Shown in pieces: positions 62,137 through 64,000 of a DNA stretch of 64,000 nt. Within the stretch, counting starts at the first letter, position 1; the number at the start of each line of letters is the position of its first letter. Below the pieces are notes generated by a model, which was not told where the DNA came from, did not search any database, and worked only from the letters and a program-made list of their open reading frames with translations. The translations under genes were made by a program, and so were the position numbers. Source of the DNA: the human T2T-CHM13v2.0 reference genome, Homo sapiens; assembly GCF_009914755.1 (NCBI RefSeq), contig NC_060932.1. One strand, given 5' to 3'.

Positions 62137-64000
62137 ATCCAGGCCTTCCCACTTCTTGTAGCACCACCATAAGGGACATCTCAGGAAAAACTCTAATATT
62201 TTTCTCGACCCCTTAGTTGCAGCTAGAGGGACCTATTATTTACAAATACCTCCAAGCCATTGTCACAGTGACCCTACTGGTCCTAGATGCCACAAATTAA
62301 CCTCGGAAATGACTTAAATGTTTACACCTCACATAATGTGGAAGGATTACTGTCCTCTAGGGGGAGCCTTTGGCTAATAGTCGGCTCCTTAAATATTAGG
62401 CTCTGCTCTTAGAGGGTTCCACAATCCAGTTAAAAACTTGTTCTCACCTAAACCTAGCCACTTTCCTCCCCAAGGAAAGTGGGGAAAATGAACATGACTG
62501 TGAACAAGTTATAATACAGACCTATGCAGCCAGGGAAGATCTCAGGGAAAATCCCCTAGAAAATCCAGACTGGATCCTCTTCAAAGATGGGAGCTCCTTT
62601 GTAGAGAAAGTAATCAGTACGGCAGGATTATGCAGTAGTCACTCTAAATGGCATCATTGAAAATGTGTCTCTCTCTCCAGGCACAAGTGCTCAATTAGCT
62701 GCACTGACAGATCTTAAAAGACCACTTGAATTAAGCAATTGAAAGATAGGTAACATTTACACTAATTTGAAGTATGCTTTCTTAGTTCTCCATGCTCATG
62801 CTGTCATTTGTAAGGAAAGACACTGTCTTACAGATAATTTATGGCCTATAAAATACCACCCCAAAATTAACTGGTTATTATCCTCAGTTTTCCTTCCATG
62901 AGAAATAGCAGTAATGCATTATAAAGGGACATCAAAAGAGAGCAGATGAAGTAGATGAAGAAAATAGGTTTACTGATCAGGTAGCTAAGTCAGTGGCAAG
63001 GAAGCCTTAGCACATCAATATACTTCAAGCCCCTCTAATCTGGAAAGGCTCCATAAGAAAAATTAAACCTCAGTACTCCCCTGCAGAAATAGAATGCATC
63101 ACTTCTCAAAGGTATACTTTCCAGCCTTCAGGGCGGCTACACTCAGAGGATGGCAAACTCAACCTGCCAGCCTCCAGCCAATGGAAAGTCCTTAAATCCA
63201 CCAAGCATTTCACTTAGGAAAGGATAAAATTTATCAGTGTGTCCAGAAATTATTTTCAAGAGAGAATTTATTAAGAACAGTGAAACTGGTTGTTAACACT
63301 TGTGAAGGTGGGTTTTTTCTTCTCAAACCCAAAGGATGGGAAGCTTTCCAGGGGAGGACTGGCAGACTTCACCCACATGCCAGAGATGAAGTGTAGTCAA
63401 TACCTCCTGGCATGTGTAGAAACTTTCACTAACTGCATAGAAATCTTTCCATGCCATACAGAAAAGGCCTCTGAGGCAATAAAATTGTTAACGAAATAAG
63501 TCCTCACTTTGGTCTACTTAAGTACCTCCAAAGAGGCAATGGCCCCCCATTTAAGGCAGGTGTCATGGGCGGGGATGTGGGGTGGATCTCAAACACACTA
63601 GGCATACAGTGTCATCTCTGTTGTGCTTGGAGACCCCAGTCCTAAGGAAAGGTAGAGAAGACAAATGATACTATCAAAAGACACCTCAGAAAACTGTCCC
63701 AAGAAACTCATTTTCCTTGCACTACTCTTCTTCCCATGGTCTTACTGTGGGCAAGAAATACCCCTTCAAAGTTAGGTCTGAGCCCTTTTAAGATGCTGTA
63801 TGGATGCCCTTTTCTTACCAATTATTTTCTGTTAGATCAGGAAATATCTGAGTTAGTTAAGCATGTAACCTCTATGGCTCACTTTCAACAGGAATTAACA
63901 CAGTTAGCCAAAGCCCAACCCCAAGAAATAGGACCACCTTTATTTAACCCTGGAGATTTGGTATTGGTGAAGGCTCTCCCTTCTCTTTCTTTCTCCCTGA
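62030..64000 (+). pseudogene. pol: ERV pro-pol remnant (protease, RNase H, integrase; RT core absent)
   Basis: LLDTGA at about 62081-62098; WILFKDGSSFV at 62571-62603; TSAQLA; PGEDWQ/DFTHMP at about 63348-63382; WRPQS*GKVEKTND at about 63628-63669. Confidence 0.85.
62102..62135. repeat. (CT)17 microsatellite inside the protease remnant
   Basis: Directly visible. Confidence 0.95.

Overview
Gene-poor, almost entirely repeat-derived primate DNA. An SVA, an Alu carrying AluYa5-type diagnostics and L1PA2/3-type elements point to a hominine, most likely human. I found no host protein-coding exon and no intact transposon ORF. Layout: 1-14.1 kb is nested MER4-group/MER57 ERV1 sequence holding a U3 snoRNA and a 7SK retropseudogene. 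14.1-44.5 kb is a stack of minus-strand L1s of several ages, with MST, MER11 and Alu insertions and two young L1PA3-like copies. An SVA lies at 44.8-46.7 kb, unclassified DNA at about 47-50 kb, and a plus-strand L1PA4/5-like element at 51.7-56.1 kb. A decayed HUERS-P3/LTR9-like provirus, interrupted by THE1 and Alus, runs from 56.1 kb to the window end. The most interesting signals are: (i) two independently inserted L1s sharing many non-consensus, amino-acid-changing variants, plus a third L1 of mixed subfamily signature, suggesting local L1-to-L1 gene conversion; (ii) short 3' transductions on both an L1 and the SVA; (iii) a very young AluYa-type insertion. Subfamily names and consensus comparisons come from recalled consensus sequences and need RepeatMasker/Dfam confirmation. 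I see no evidence for a novel functional system.
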